DNA of 60,477 nucleotides, counting the filler, from Sphacelaria rigidula (taxonomy: Eukaryota): assembly GCA_964200075.2 (NCBI GenBank). It is 5 parts of 5 records of this genome, joined end to end, with 100 filler letters (N's around TTAATTAATTAA, not from the genome) between each part and the next. Parts side by side here need not be neighbours in the genome. Positions count along the whole stretch, not along the records: positions 24,236 to 36,250 come from CAXNAA020004227.1; positions 36,351 to 48,364 come from CAXNAA020004228.1; 3 more parts are not named here. The stretch is one strand, 5' to 3'. The position numbers and the translations under genes are program-made. Positions 24,236 to 36,420 of this stretch are shown one piece after another; within the stretch, counting starts at the first letter, position 1, and each line of letters opens with the position of its first letter. Below the pieces are notes generated by a model. That model worked only from the letters and a program-made list of their open reading frames with translations, had not been told where the DNA came from and did not search any database.

Positions 24236-27226
24236 CTTTCGGTACTCGTACGTCACCCCGACCCCGGTTCTACGGAGATCCAGCCTTTCTAGGTATCTGA
24301 ATCATTCGAACAGAGACAACTACCACCGAGTGACGAGTTAACATGGTTTAGATCGCTGCTGTCAAGACGCCAATATAAGACATAGTCGTACAGTGAGTGT
24401 GACGTATCCTACCCGGACAGTGGGTATATGTACGTTGTAGCTTCTCACTCGGTGAAAGGATACGGAGTGTACTGAGCCGAGACGTGGACTTGGACTGGAC
24501 GGACTTTGCAAAGCAGGGTTTGGGTTGAAACAAAGAGTGCCTGGGTAGGGGGCTCCCACGGTGGAGCCTCCAAAGACGGGTGAATGACGACCCCAGACTA
24601 GGGATTGGAGGATGACAGTTCCAGGGCGACAGGCCCGGGAAGACGATCCGGGTTGACTAGCCCGGAGTTATTAGTACGCGGGTCGGATCACACAGAGGTC
24701 CTAATTACATGTAAGATAGAAAGAAAGGTGATGAAATCCAGGTGTAGTGAACACACTATCAATCGTCATTGTGAAGACTCGTGTACGTATTCATTTATCT
24801 GATTATTCGCCGTTCCGTTGCAGAAGAGTCGGAAAACTGTTTCTATTGAACCAAAAACGGTCAATAGCACCCTCCTGATAAACGGGGTACCCCACCCGTA
24901 TCGCCCCAAAAACACCAACTTGGGCGCTGCACTTTGAGCACGGCCTACGCCTTCCCCTAAATTTACCGGCGCTAGCACTTTCAAGTAGTATTGAAGAATA
25001 ATACTCGAGGAAAACTCGAGAGCTACAACAACTACGATTTCTGAAAACTTCTGATGCTGACTACTATAATTTAGGGATACACTTCACATTTCCCCACCAA
25101 CGGCTTTGGATTATTTCTACCATTCCCGCGCGAACGCTTTCAACCGCAAACATACTGTTCAATATTCGTCTAGCTGCCGAGGGAGAACTCCATCACAAGC
25201 ACGGAAACACTCATGATACATTTCACTATGGTGTGGCGTAGTCCGACTTGTACCACGGAGTCAAAATAGTATTCATAACTCAGTCTTGAAAAGTGATTGC
25301 GGGTGGACATTGAAACTCAGCGCCAGAACGCGGAAGCACCATCTGATCCATGTACCACACTCCTATCCTGATCTACTGAAAACACTTGGGCGTCCACATT
25401 GAAAATGTCTTCCTGCTTCGATCGAGCAAAGAGCAGCGGTAACGACGCCAAGTGTACCCGTCACCAAAACCCAACAACACGGGTAACACCATGGCATATG
25501 ATACGAAATGTTTCTCCCAAGGCTAATTGCGTGGGTGACTCGTTATCCCCCGTAAGCCGATATCCTCCGACTGTGTGTGAGCCCGGGTTACACAACAGCA
25601 CCGGCAAACCAAACCAAACCATCAATCCCAGGAACGCTCAAAACCGGAGCATTTTGAAGCCCTCGTAAACTTACCCGCACGTACGTATTTGCCTAGGTTT
25701 GAGAGATCGGAGTCCTTTTTTGACCGTGTGCATTTACGGCGTATACTAACACATGTTTCCGACACTTTTTCATAAATATCGGTTGCAAATCAACACTCCC
25801 CAGCCTCCGAGCATGTCTCTTTCGTGAGAAAGATCTCGACTGAGGAGGTTTCAGATTCTTCTCCCTTCGTGTCAAGTTTCTCTAGCCTGAATAGTGGGAC
25901 ACATCATACCGAAACTGCAGCCTTTCCGAAGTCAAACGAAGGGAATGTCGGTCGCGGGTAGATTCCTTCAATCTCTCATCGTCTCGCACCGCACACGCTC
26001 ACGAAGAAATCAGTTGCAAATGATCCTCATCCACGGAAAATCTGCCCTGAGTGCAATTCATCACAAGAAATACTCACTACAAGTCAATGGAACGAATACA
26101 AGTTGCAAAATGATATCACTGAAACACACACGAAATACCTCATTTTCATGATTGCCCTCCGGGCGGTTTGGTTTCACGGCCACAATCTCGAGTAATAAAA
26201 ACAAATTGCCTCGCAAATGTGTTCAGCCAGAACACTTGCAGGAGGCCGCAACTGACCGTCTTTCGAACAAGTAAATAACAAAATGACTACAGATTAAAAC
26301 AACGCGAAATACGAACGCGATAAACGAAGGATCCGTCGTTGTGATAATAAACACGATGTCGCGAATGCAACTAAGTGACTCGCCAGCCCAAGTGCCGACG
26401 TGGCCGGGCAGAAACCGGAGCAGCGCTACGTACGATAATCATACGTCCAAAGCAAGAGGTAATGCGGGTGGCGAACCAATCTGAGAAGAGTCTAACTAAA
26501 AGGATAACATTGTCCATTGACTGGTAGTCGCACATGAAGTGTTCCTCGAGGGACCTAGCCGTCGGCACAAGATAGACGCACCCATGACGAACGAAACGAT
26601 CGCTGAAGAAAAGCGAAAGTGGAAACAAGACTGATGATGGCACAAACTAAAGGAGTAGAGTAGGATACCGAAACCAAACCGCGTGATACCAAGCAGGAGG
26701 GGAAAGAAAAGGAACGAAGGCGAACGAGAAATATAAGAAAATAATAGTGCACAACTCCTATCCCAGTCAACACGTCTCATATCCTCTCCGTCAACCTGCC
26801 TTCCCCTGCTTGCGAGTGAACACTAAATCAAAATCGCTGCTCGAGCCAAGTGACACCCCATCATCCTTTGAACAGAGCAAACCAAGGGTATAATGGAATG
26901 GTGGACAGTGAAATAAAAACAATTATTTGATATTGAAGGTGAATACCAAGGTAGTAAAGAAAACTGGTATTATTGGGCAGAACGCGCATAACACTTCTTT
27001 GCCCGGCCTACCCGAATCACAGTGCTACAGGCCACGAAGAATAGCTACTGCCATCAATTCGCAACGATACTCGTGTCTCTCAATTGTTTGCTTCAATATG
27101 GAATATCTTCCGGCGACCAAGCATGTATTTCGTGAGACGTGATGCAACGCGACGGGCCAGACACATCCATGAAAAAATAAGTGCAGCTTCTTTGCAAGTC
27201 CCCGTGAAAAAATGCATGGCATGTCA

Positions 27227-28327
27227 TTATGCAGCCCTTGCTGGTGGTGCAGTAGTTGCTATGAACCGGCGCGGCACGACATTTTCCCCTGTTTCCGCAT
27301 CGTCATCGTGAGCGGCCCAAGAGCGGCGTTCTGTATCGTCGAGAAACGACGTAACGCCTCGTCCACTTGTGGGCTCCTTGGGACATTGTTTCTCTTCATA
27401 CCTCCAAGCACCAGCGATAACGGCAGCTTCGACGAGGACGACAGCGACCATGAAAACATTGACCACCACCAGGATGAGCTCAAACAGCCTTTGGCTAGTG
27501 GTATCTTCGCTGGACACGTCTACCTTCAACAACAGGCCCAAGTACATGCTTAGAAATATAATCGCATGTCCCGTGCGATTCACCCAGGTATCCCACTTGG
27601 ACGAATATGGTGCCATCGACTCGGAGACAAAAATGAAGAACACGGTCAACACGAGTGTGACTGCTATCTGTGCCGATGTGTTCGGATATATAAATACCAC
27701 TACTCCGGTGAGCGCGATCCGGCGACCGCATTCGATGACCTCGTAGTAGTAGCGCTGCGGCTGGTACGGCGACCACAAATTCGTGATCGGTCTCACGCGT
27801 ATATCGGATTCACGACCGACCTCATTTATCAACACATTGCGGTGTCGAAAAAGAAGGGTGGCGTAAAAGGCGGGGATACCCGCCGTGTACAGGGCAATCA
27901 TGAAACCCGCGTAAATCTGAAGTGACACATGCTTCGGAGAATCGCACTCGATTCGGTAGTCTGCGCGAAGGTAGAACTTACCGTCATCCAGGTCCTCGCA
28001 GGAGAACATCTGAAACAAGATGGAAGAAACTGACGAGTATACCAAGAATGTCAGGAAAATCACCATGGATAGGTGTTTTCGACGAAATTTCCCAAGAGTA
28101 GCGTCCGACCAGCCGTTCCTCTTTCGGCTCCCAAAGCGGTACGTAGCTCCGAGGATCGCCAAACCGACGACAGGAGCTATCGTGGACATGATGAGGCGTT
28201 CGTGAAAGTCCACGTCGAAGATACACCCGGTCGAGAGTATCCAACTTAGATCGAAATTCAGCACGTCCAGACCGTCCAAAAAGTCTTGATATATGCCCGG
28301 ATATGTGACGTTGGCCACCTGAGAGAA
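27227..28327 (-). CDS. Last exon of a multi-pass receptor-like membrane protein (TRP_C-like membrane domain of large Cys-rich surface proteins)
   Basis: Acceptor tag|TTCTCTCAG; 367 codons; about 7 hydrophobic segments; motifs FSC..., YLRADYRIEC, LYTAGIP, LWSPYQPQRYYYEVIECGRRIALTG. Confidence 0.9.
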   Translation of the reverse strand, partial: FSQVANVTYPGIYQDFLDGLDVLNFDLSWILSTGCIFDVDFHERLIMSTIAPVVGLAILGATYRFGSRKRNGWSDATLGKFRRKHLSMVIFLTFLVYSSVSSILFQMFSCEDLDDGKFYLRADYRIECDSPKHVSLQIYAGFMIALYTAGIPAFYATLLFRHRNVLINEVGRESDIRVRPITNLWSPYQPQRYYYEVIECGRRIALTGVVVFIYPNTSAQIAVTLVLTVFFIFVSESMAPYSSKWDTWVNRTGHAIIFLSMYLGLLLKVDVSSEDTTSQRLFELILVVVNVFMVAVVLVEAAVIAGAWRYEEKQCPKEPTSGRGVTSFLDDTERRSWAAHDDDAETGENVVPRRFIATTAPPARAA

Positions 28328-28929
28328 CTACCGGACGAACACACAAGGGAAAGGGGCAAAAAATGTTATTTCTAGACCAGACCAGGCGGTGCGACAATAA
28401 GCCTAGGAATCCGATGCCAACCTTTCTTCCCACATCGTTAAACCTTCCATCACCAGCAGATGGGTACCTGAGTCTGACACTTTTTGAGTAAACACGATGT
28501 CGATTCAACACACACATCCCTCCGCGGGGGATTCACACTTGGATTCCAACCACAGCGCTACGGCAATTAACCAAAAAGCAACAGCATATATTAAAAAACA
28601 AGCAAAATCACAGCGATTCCAACCTAGTATCGTTGTCTCTGGAACCGATGTGGTTTCGAAAATCAACTCCCTCGTTGTGTCCTGGTGCCAATTCGTTCTT
28701 TGTGTTCTATGCTGTGTGTGTGATGCGAAATTCCTGTGGGAAAATCATGGTGTCATCTGGACAATCAACCCCAGGTCACTCGGTGAACAGAATGCAAGCG
28801 ATCGAGACAGCCACTAGCGAACGCCATAAATTTTACTCAACAACGGATCAAGTACATGATCCCATTTCCCCACCTATGTTTCCCCCCGAAATTTTTTGAG
28901 AATATTGTCGCGAACTTCCCGTGCGCACA

Positions 28930-29796
28930 CGCGCTGGGCCAGCCTAGAAATGAATTGAAGCTCTCAAAGCAATAATATGTCATCGACACAAACGAGTTGG
29001 GTCGTGATCTGCATATCGTATGAATCGTCTAATGAAGGGGAAGGTGCCCATTTGCTCAACAGTCTGGGCCAACATTTTCTCGTTGATTAAACCTCATGTC
29101 TAGTTATCCCTACACCTAACGGAAATAGCGCCCACACTAGAATCTATATTAAACCCCCGATCGATGCATTCAGCGGATAACGACGATTTTTCAAGTGGAC
29201 ATTCCCTGGAGCACGGGGAGACGATAGATACCCTCACCTTAACCTAATTCGTTACCTATCTCGAGATAAGGCGAACATAGTCTTTTACACTAAAATCAAT
29301 ATATTACCAGCAGAGGCACTAGAACCAAACTTCGATATCGCGTTTCAGTTTTTGAGAGTTATGATAGGAAATTTCGTATGGAGAACCGATGGTGCATTAT
29401 TATTATGATGATTATGATGATTATGATTATTATTATGATTATTATTATCCGTCACATTAGCTCCATCTCTCGAACCCGTGGTCACAGCGTGCAAGGAGCA
29501 TACCACCCGTACTCATAACCCAAACAGCCCGCAGAAGAAGGTAAGAAACAAAACATCTACACGAAAAAATGCATAATAAAAACAAACACCAGTGCACACA
29601 AGTTTTTGTTTTTCATGAGTTGTGGGCAATAATCAGTTTTCAGGTATCAGTACATGCACGTCACTCATCAAGCACTGGTATTTCTTATTATTATGTCTTC
29701 TTCATTGTCCGCACCAAACTTCAGGGTCCAACTCTCACGATTGGCTAGTGAATGGGCCTGCAAACTACAAATTCGCTTCTCGGCTGGCCCAGCTCG
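28930..29796. mobile_element. Non-autonomous DNA element with CGAGCTGGGCCAGCC-type TIRs
   Basis: Left end cgcgctgggccagcctag, right end ctcggctggcccagctcg; the left ~85 bp match 43621-43705; related ends at ~36425-36449 and ~48967. Confidence 0.55.
29395..29570 (-). repeat. Retroposon 3' tail with (ATT/ATG)n microsatellite, copy 2
   Basis: Homologous to 2530-2690. Confidence 0.7.
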
Positions 29797-31479
29797 AAGA
29801 AGCTCCCGCGGGTTCTAGCAACCACTCAACAAAATATATACATTTTTTAAACCTTTTCAAATTTATTGCACGATTTGTTTTCGATTTTTTCCCTCCCAAA
29901 AAAAGCAGCCCTGTCCCCGAATCCACCCAGTATTTCAAGGAGATACCGATATGTTCTGTCAAACTTGAGAACCGTTCGGATCATGTCAGAGACAGCTTTA
30001 CATATAGCATGCGCAGCGCCTTGAACACGAACATCCGACTGATGGTGATGGTAGAATGCCTTCATGTGACCACAAACCCTCCAAGTATATCTGAAATTGC
30101 GTACTTCCCCCAGCAGGTAACTAATGCTCGGCGAATACCTGAAACAACCCGTTTCCCTCCAAAACATTATGTCCTTTTGCCACCATGTGACAACAAAAAC
30201 ATAACGCTTTTCGTCTTCATTGCTTTTTTCCCCCCACGTCGTCAAGGGCTTCTAGGCCTGGACGGTGACGGAAATTCAATACGAAATCCATGTGCCGCCA
30301 TACACCGGGCCACCTTTCTCTGTACCCATCAGCGAGATGTCAGCGCGACCTTGAACCACCTTGTGTGTTCAGCATTTGCGTTGAAACATTCGGAGTATAA
30401 CGGAAAGCCGAGAGAGGAGATACATGAGACATCAACTGCACGGCCCGACTCCACTCTTCACATTTTTTGTCGCACTTTGACCCCTCCCCCCCCCCCCTCC
30501 TCACGGCGAGTCCGTGTTCTCAAGGGATCAAGTCATCTATCTCTCCCGGGCGGCGTCAGTTGCATGTCGGTCTCGCGGATTGGTCCTACACTGCCGCATA
30601 GCGTCAGTTCTCGTCAAACAAGCTCGGTCACCTGCATTTTGTTTCCTCATGTCTTAGACTTTCGGCGGTAAAGTCAGATACTGCGAAGAAAAACCCAGCG
30701 CATTAAGAATTGAACCCGTGTTCTCTCCACCCTAAATAATGGTGACAGTCGAGTCGATTCACCACCCGGGGCGCCATTAGCCAGACACAATACATAATGA
30801 TCCAGCTGCCTAGATAGCACACTTTTTGTCACCGCATGCACCAAGAGCCACAATAACCCAGGCGACTACCGATTCGTATTCCTGTCACTACTTGAAGAGT
30901 ACGTACCCCTGTTTCGGCTGTCAGAGGCGACCTCGAAAGTTGGTCGAAGCCCTTTTTATTCACCCAGCGGCCCAAACATGTAGTCTGCGACAAGTGCGGC
31001 CTACATTACAATTTTGAACAGTGTGAGTGCAGCAGGCGTCTGCACCAATTTGCGCCCGCGGGGCGGGGGGAGGGGCGGTGCTACTGCAAGATACAGGGGG
31101 TGAAGGTAATGCAACGCAGGTGGTCATAAGGGGGGAAGTCGCTCTGTTCCAGCAGCACACGCGAAATCATACCTCAAAAATGAACAGATTGCGCAGATTG
31201 CGGTTACACTGGCGTATCTTTGCCAGCTGGGCATGGGTAAGTCTTGGGCTATGGCACGAGAGCTAGGGATTCCGGTACATGTCGTATGCTTTCCGAGCAC
31301 ACCATGTTCGACTCATCATTTGTGTGCGTTCTTCTTTGCTCCTACTCCGCACCCGACAAGCAGCATCCATTCCGACAAACAAAGCATTCACGAGCATGAT
31401 TTGCTCCGGTCCAGAGCTCGTAACATCGTTAGAAGTAGTCATAGTTCGCACGTATGCACACTTAGTAGCGATGCAGTCA

Positions 31480-32060
31480 TTCCGTCAAAATTGGTCTTAG
31501 GCAACACGGCCTCTTGGTTGTAGAGCAGTCAACTTTTACTGCCGGGACTGTGTACGCTTCATCTGCGTTGTCCCACGTCAAAGGAACTTCCGGCTCCACC
31601 AAGTTGCCTCTTACGAAGACGCGGCGCAATCGTCGCATAGCCAACGTTGATTCCTGGCGCATCTATTCTAATAATAAAATCAGTGGGTAGGTCGTCAACA
31701 TTAAATTTCCTCCGTTGCACAACGGTACCGTTACGCGGCAGTTTTAGAGCACTGTTTCTGGTGCGCAAATGGGGTATATATGGTATAACAAATGTGAACA
31801 TCACTTGGCCATGATGTACCGTCACATTTGGCAGCTTCCAGTACAATGACAAAGCCACGTGGGGCGACCCTATGGTTCTGGGGGGGTTCATGTGGAGCGC
31901 AATGATTGTGGGAAATGATGATCAACGAGAACGGGAAATCGCCCGACAAAAATGCTATGGCAGCGAAGGGACGGGCCGCAAGTGGTGTTGCCGCAAGTGC
32001 AAGAAACCACTTTTTTCGCCGACCATGTGCCTGGCACATTTCATACTCCACCACCACCGA
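31480..32060 (+). pseudogene. Decayed piggyBac-like transposase C-terminus
   Basis: RQKCY...KWCCRKCKKPLFSPTMCLAHF resembles the piggyBac Cys-rich domain; upstream NKISG.V and RKWGIYG...VNI resemble the YNxxMGGVD and KWW motifs; frameshifted. Confidence 0.4.
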
Positions 32061-34407
32061 GTTGAAAGCCCCTTCTACTCAAGGGGCCCCACATCGGGAA
32101 ATAACGGCACCAGGGCCACCCCCCGCCCTTTCTTGGCGTTGTTAGTACTTTTCGAACGAAATTCCGCGTTTCCGTTTTTAACCGTTTTTTACTAGGGAAT
32201 ATGAAAAAACGACAGTTACACGCTAAAACGATTTGGCCCATGACCTATATTCTACCCTATACTAGCGAACGCTGTCTTACAGCGGCGCAAGCCCTCAGTA
32301 GTCATGATCACCCCCGCAAACAGCAAAATCATACCCGGGTGCATTGCAGACGTACCGTGCTTCAAGCTAGAAGAAAAAGCAGCACTGGTAAATTTCTGGG
32401 GGTGTCCACTTTCCGAATTGGGAAATGGAAAACTAACATCGCCACGGAAGACAAGTCGTTCACATTTCCCAACGAAAGAAAAAGAGGACAAGCATGGGAA
32501 ACGTCCACTAGTGGGAACAGTGGTCCTATGTCTATAGTTAAGAACGGTCTCAAGTTCGAAATTACTATTCAGGGTGTCTGCTGAACTTCAGGCTATCTTC
32601 AACTATGGGATCACGGACAGTGTCGAAGAAACTCAGCCGAGCTGCCGTTGGCAGGTATGATCGCAGGATCGTGACTCTTCCCTTCTCATTTTTTATGTTT
32701 CATATTGAACGAAGGTATCTCGTTTTTGCCTTTGCACGGTCTCCGGGTGCGCAACTTGGCGCGAGGCAAGTCAAAGACATGAAAATTATCTACAACTGTG
32801 CAGATGTCTGAATTGATTTCCAAAAATAAGATACAAGGATTCAACACTGTGGCCGTCGAAAACACCGAATGGATAAACATTTCTGTTCCTTGACTCCCTT
32901 CCGTAGTCTGTAGGTGAAATTTCGCCACATTCAACAATATATTTTCTCGCAAGTGCTGCGTCCGGAAGTAAGTCATCACCGATTTTTTATTGCTCTAAAT
33001 GACACAGGCTCCCTTTTCAGTTTTCCAGACGAGCCATCGGACTTCAGTCATCCTCGTTTCTCAATTACTGGAATCAACTAAAGCTCGAGTTAGAGTCATC
33101 CTCATTTGCCTGGAAGACCCATCGGGCGCGATTCTCATCCTCATTCGCCTGAATGACCCATCGCTAGCTGAACGTGCGAGATCGGTATACACAACCCCTT
33201 TCGCATCCGTGACCAACGACCAACAGGAAATAAATATCGCCCGGGGTTATCGTTAACCAATAATACTCGCGTCATGGGGGGTCACCGTATAGCTATATGC
33301 ATGGAAATTCGTGTCAATTGAGACCGCTATGCGTTATGCGGTTGCGCTCACGGAGTAGAGGGCATTGATTCCTGCTAGCACAATTCGTTCAGGGGATATA
33401 TCGCTTGATTTTAGCTAGCCGAGGAAACAGCACGTTCTCGGCCGCGATTTTAATTCGCCAGCGGGTAAACCAACGCACAGACAGAGCGACAGGACACGTA
33501 CAGAAACCAAACAGGCAACAGCGCCCGCTCCGCCCACAAGATGCGCTTGCTTCTTCGTCACGACTGCCTGGTCAATGTAGCTGATGTACAGATACCAAAT
33601 AATTTATAGACCTCACGTCCGACACTACCCACGATGTTGTTTGGTGGTAATCTGTACGCAGCAGCTTCGTGCCACAGATAGCAGCAGCGGCAGCCGCAGT
33701 GGTTGTATGTTCGCGGGTTTGACCGTACAGTATATGCATGAAGTTGATGAAATAAAGTACAGAGGGGCAGTACCGTGCGGCGTACACTGTACATGTGCGC
33801 AAGAGCGCCGCATTCGTGTTTCGCCACGATCTGTCGACAGGGGAAACACGTGGAGATTCGGGCACTGCAGCCGGATGTTAAGGGGCAACTTATATCGACA
33901 CCTGCAGTGTAAATAGGTAAATGCTACGTAGTGTACTGTCCGTTTGCAGACAACTCATCGTTTGGGCAACGGTGTACTGGATCGTACAATGCTGTGCGGT
34001 GCTGTGTGGACTACTAGATAGGAGTACACTAACCAAATGGCTTCCATGTTGGCAAATGGCAGCCTTCTTTCACCGCCGTACTTCTGGTACGGCCTCCTAC
34101 TACGAGCCCTGGCGGAGGGCTCAGGGGTTCTCATCGGGCTGTCACTGGACCTCAGAGTGGAGTCCGTGTCAGTTCTGTCTGCCTTTTCATCTCTTTCGCT
34201 GCCTTTCCGCCTCGTTTTTCGCAGTCAGTTTGTGTGTGTAATGTCTTCGACTACGTTCAACGTGTGATCACGACTCGACTCATATCGCAGCTTCAAGTAT
34301 GACATCTCTTTCAGCTTTGTTTTCTGCTTGTTTCGCAGTCAAGGAACCGGCCACTTATTCAACAAATGCGCTCGGTACGCGTTTTCTCGCGCACCATGTC
34401 ACCTCAC

Positions 34408-34661
34408 CTGTGTCAAAATTTGCCACGCGACGATGACGATCTTCACGGACTGCAGCGGGAAGAGCCGTGCCACGCGGCCCAGGATTCCTCGGCCCCATTT
34501 CTCTGACTCCGCAGAAACCATGTAGAGGAGAAGGGCAACAAACACACCAAAAGCCAAGACTCCAAAAACTAACGCTAACACCACGCCACCAGTAGCATCG
34601 GAGCAGCTGTGGCAAGTGTAACCTGGGCCCGAGGTGTATTTTTTCTTGCAAACAGAACAAT
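34408..34661 (-). CDS. Penultimate exon of the same membrane protein (Cys-rich segment plus first two TM helices)
   Basis: cag|AT TGT...CSVCKKKYTSGPGYTCHSCSD...VKIVIVAWQILTQ|GTGAGG; joins in phase 0 to FSQVANVTYP across a 6080-bp intron. Confidence 0.85.
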
Positions 34662-36250
34662 CTGCACATCAAGATCAGACGGGATGGCGTTGACAAACAC
34701 TGGTTGGTCAGAGTCGTACATATCAACGTGGAGAAAATAGCGAATTTCTCGCCAATTTTTATCCGAAACCTTTGCGGAGAAAACATGTCGACTTACCGTA
34801 TAGGCTGGTAGAGAATTGGAAAGTCTTGACTTATCGTGTACTATCCGTCAGGGATATGCGTCTTTATCAGGGACATCATTATGGGTCTAGGATGTTCATG
34901 ATACGATATTTAGGAACATCGGGGATGGACAGCGACGATCGTCATATCCATATCAGATATCCATGATGAACATCCGTGTCGATGATAGACATCCATATCC
35001 ATGATGTGTATTCATGATGGGTGTGTATCTAGGATTTCCATCTCATATGTTCACGATGGATATGGGTACCCATAATAAATACCATATCCTAGATGTATAT
35101 GATAGAGTCATGGCTATCCAACCCGGATGTTCCTGGATATCCCAGTATGGATACCCTGGATGAATATCCATGGTGAATATCAATATCCACGACGGTTATA
35201 TATACAACCGGGATATAAAGATTCATCACGGATTTTCATGCCCATCATAATATTTGTCCCTGTCTCTGTTTCTGACCCTAACCCTAACTCTATATCGCCG
35301 TCCTAGCTCGGTCCCTAACTCGAGCTCGAACTTCAAGATTGACATCGACAGTAACACAGGCCCAATAGATAGATACCCCAGATGTGTATCAACCACTGGT
35401 TCTCTACGATAGTGCAAGACCCGGAAAAAACGCTTCTCTCCTGACGTTAGCTGTGCTCTCTCGGCAGGCAATACTTTCCTGTACTAGAAAGCCTTAGTGA
35501 ACGAGCAAGGCACCATGCCAATCTGAAACGGAAACCGTCGAACCTCATCTTGATGTTATGGAGGGCGGCGAGGACGGGGAAGGGGGGGGGGGGGGGTACA
35601 CATGATTTTGGATGCCGCAGTCACAGGACCATTGACCTCTGATCGCTACAAAGTTGCGATGGAGCACGTCGGGTTCTCACGGGACTAGGCTCACGATCAC
35701 CAAGTGCGAAGCACCGAGATGTGTTCCGCGAGTCACACGAACGGTGAGCTGCAGCTAATGTAGATTGTTCAGCCCGAAGCGTACTAGGTATCTCGCATAT
35801 GGACGACAGACTCTAATGCGTTGCTTTATTTTCTGGTATCGCCACTTCCACAGACAGCCACGGTTTATACACTGCCTCATGGGTGTCCCACTATTGAATC
35901 ACTACGTATTAAGAGTACGATCATCTCCTTTGCGCGGAGTTGAGGTTCTCCGACGCCACACGACATGATCTTGCTCGACCACCATCACAGTTATCGCAAA
36001 AAACGCAAGCGCGAAAACCCAAATCGATAGCATGGTTACCTAGTTTACGCAGTGAGTGGCGTGTTTTACAGCGTCATCCCCAACCGACGCCAACCCCACT
36101 GGGGGGTCCGCCCCTACAAAGCTGGGACGGAGTGCGCCGGATTTTCGCCGGACCAGGATATACAAGGGGTGTACTCATGATCATGCTTGCCATAGTCATA
36201 AGACCATTGACCTCGCATCCCTACAAAGCCGGGACGGAGCACGCCGGGTT

Positions 36251-36350
36251 NNNNNNNNNNNNNNNNNNNNNNNNNNNNNNNNNNNNNNNNNNNNTTAATT
36301 AATTAANNNNNNNNNNNNNNNNNNNNNNNNNNNNNNNNNNNNNNNNNNNN
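36251..36350. other. Artificial contig linker
   Basis: Same 100-bp spacer. Confidence 0.97.
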
Positions 36351-36420
36351 TGAATCGGCATCAATTTCAAGTGAAAAAAAGTGTGCATGATCCAGAAAGA
36401 CTAATCTCGCGGTCTAAGGA
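36351..36420 (+). mobile_element. 98-bp TTAA MITE, copy 2 (cut by the contig start)
   Basis: ...gactaatctcgcggtctaagga|TTAA (TTAA at 36421-36424). Confidence 0.7.

Noticed and set aside
29622..30671. 349-aa ORF antisense within the receptor-gene intron
   Set aside because: GTG start, no recognisable motif, crosses a TIR boundary at 29796 and runs through homopolymer tracts; unusually long, but unsupported without expression data
35270..35292. ccctaaccctaa as a telomere
   Set aside because: Only about two units, internal, and within degenerate repeat sequence
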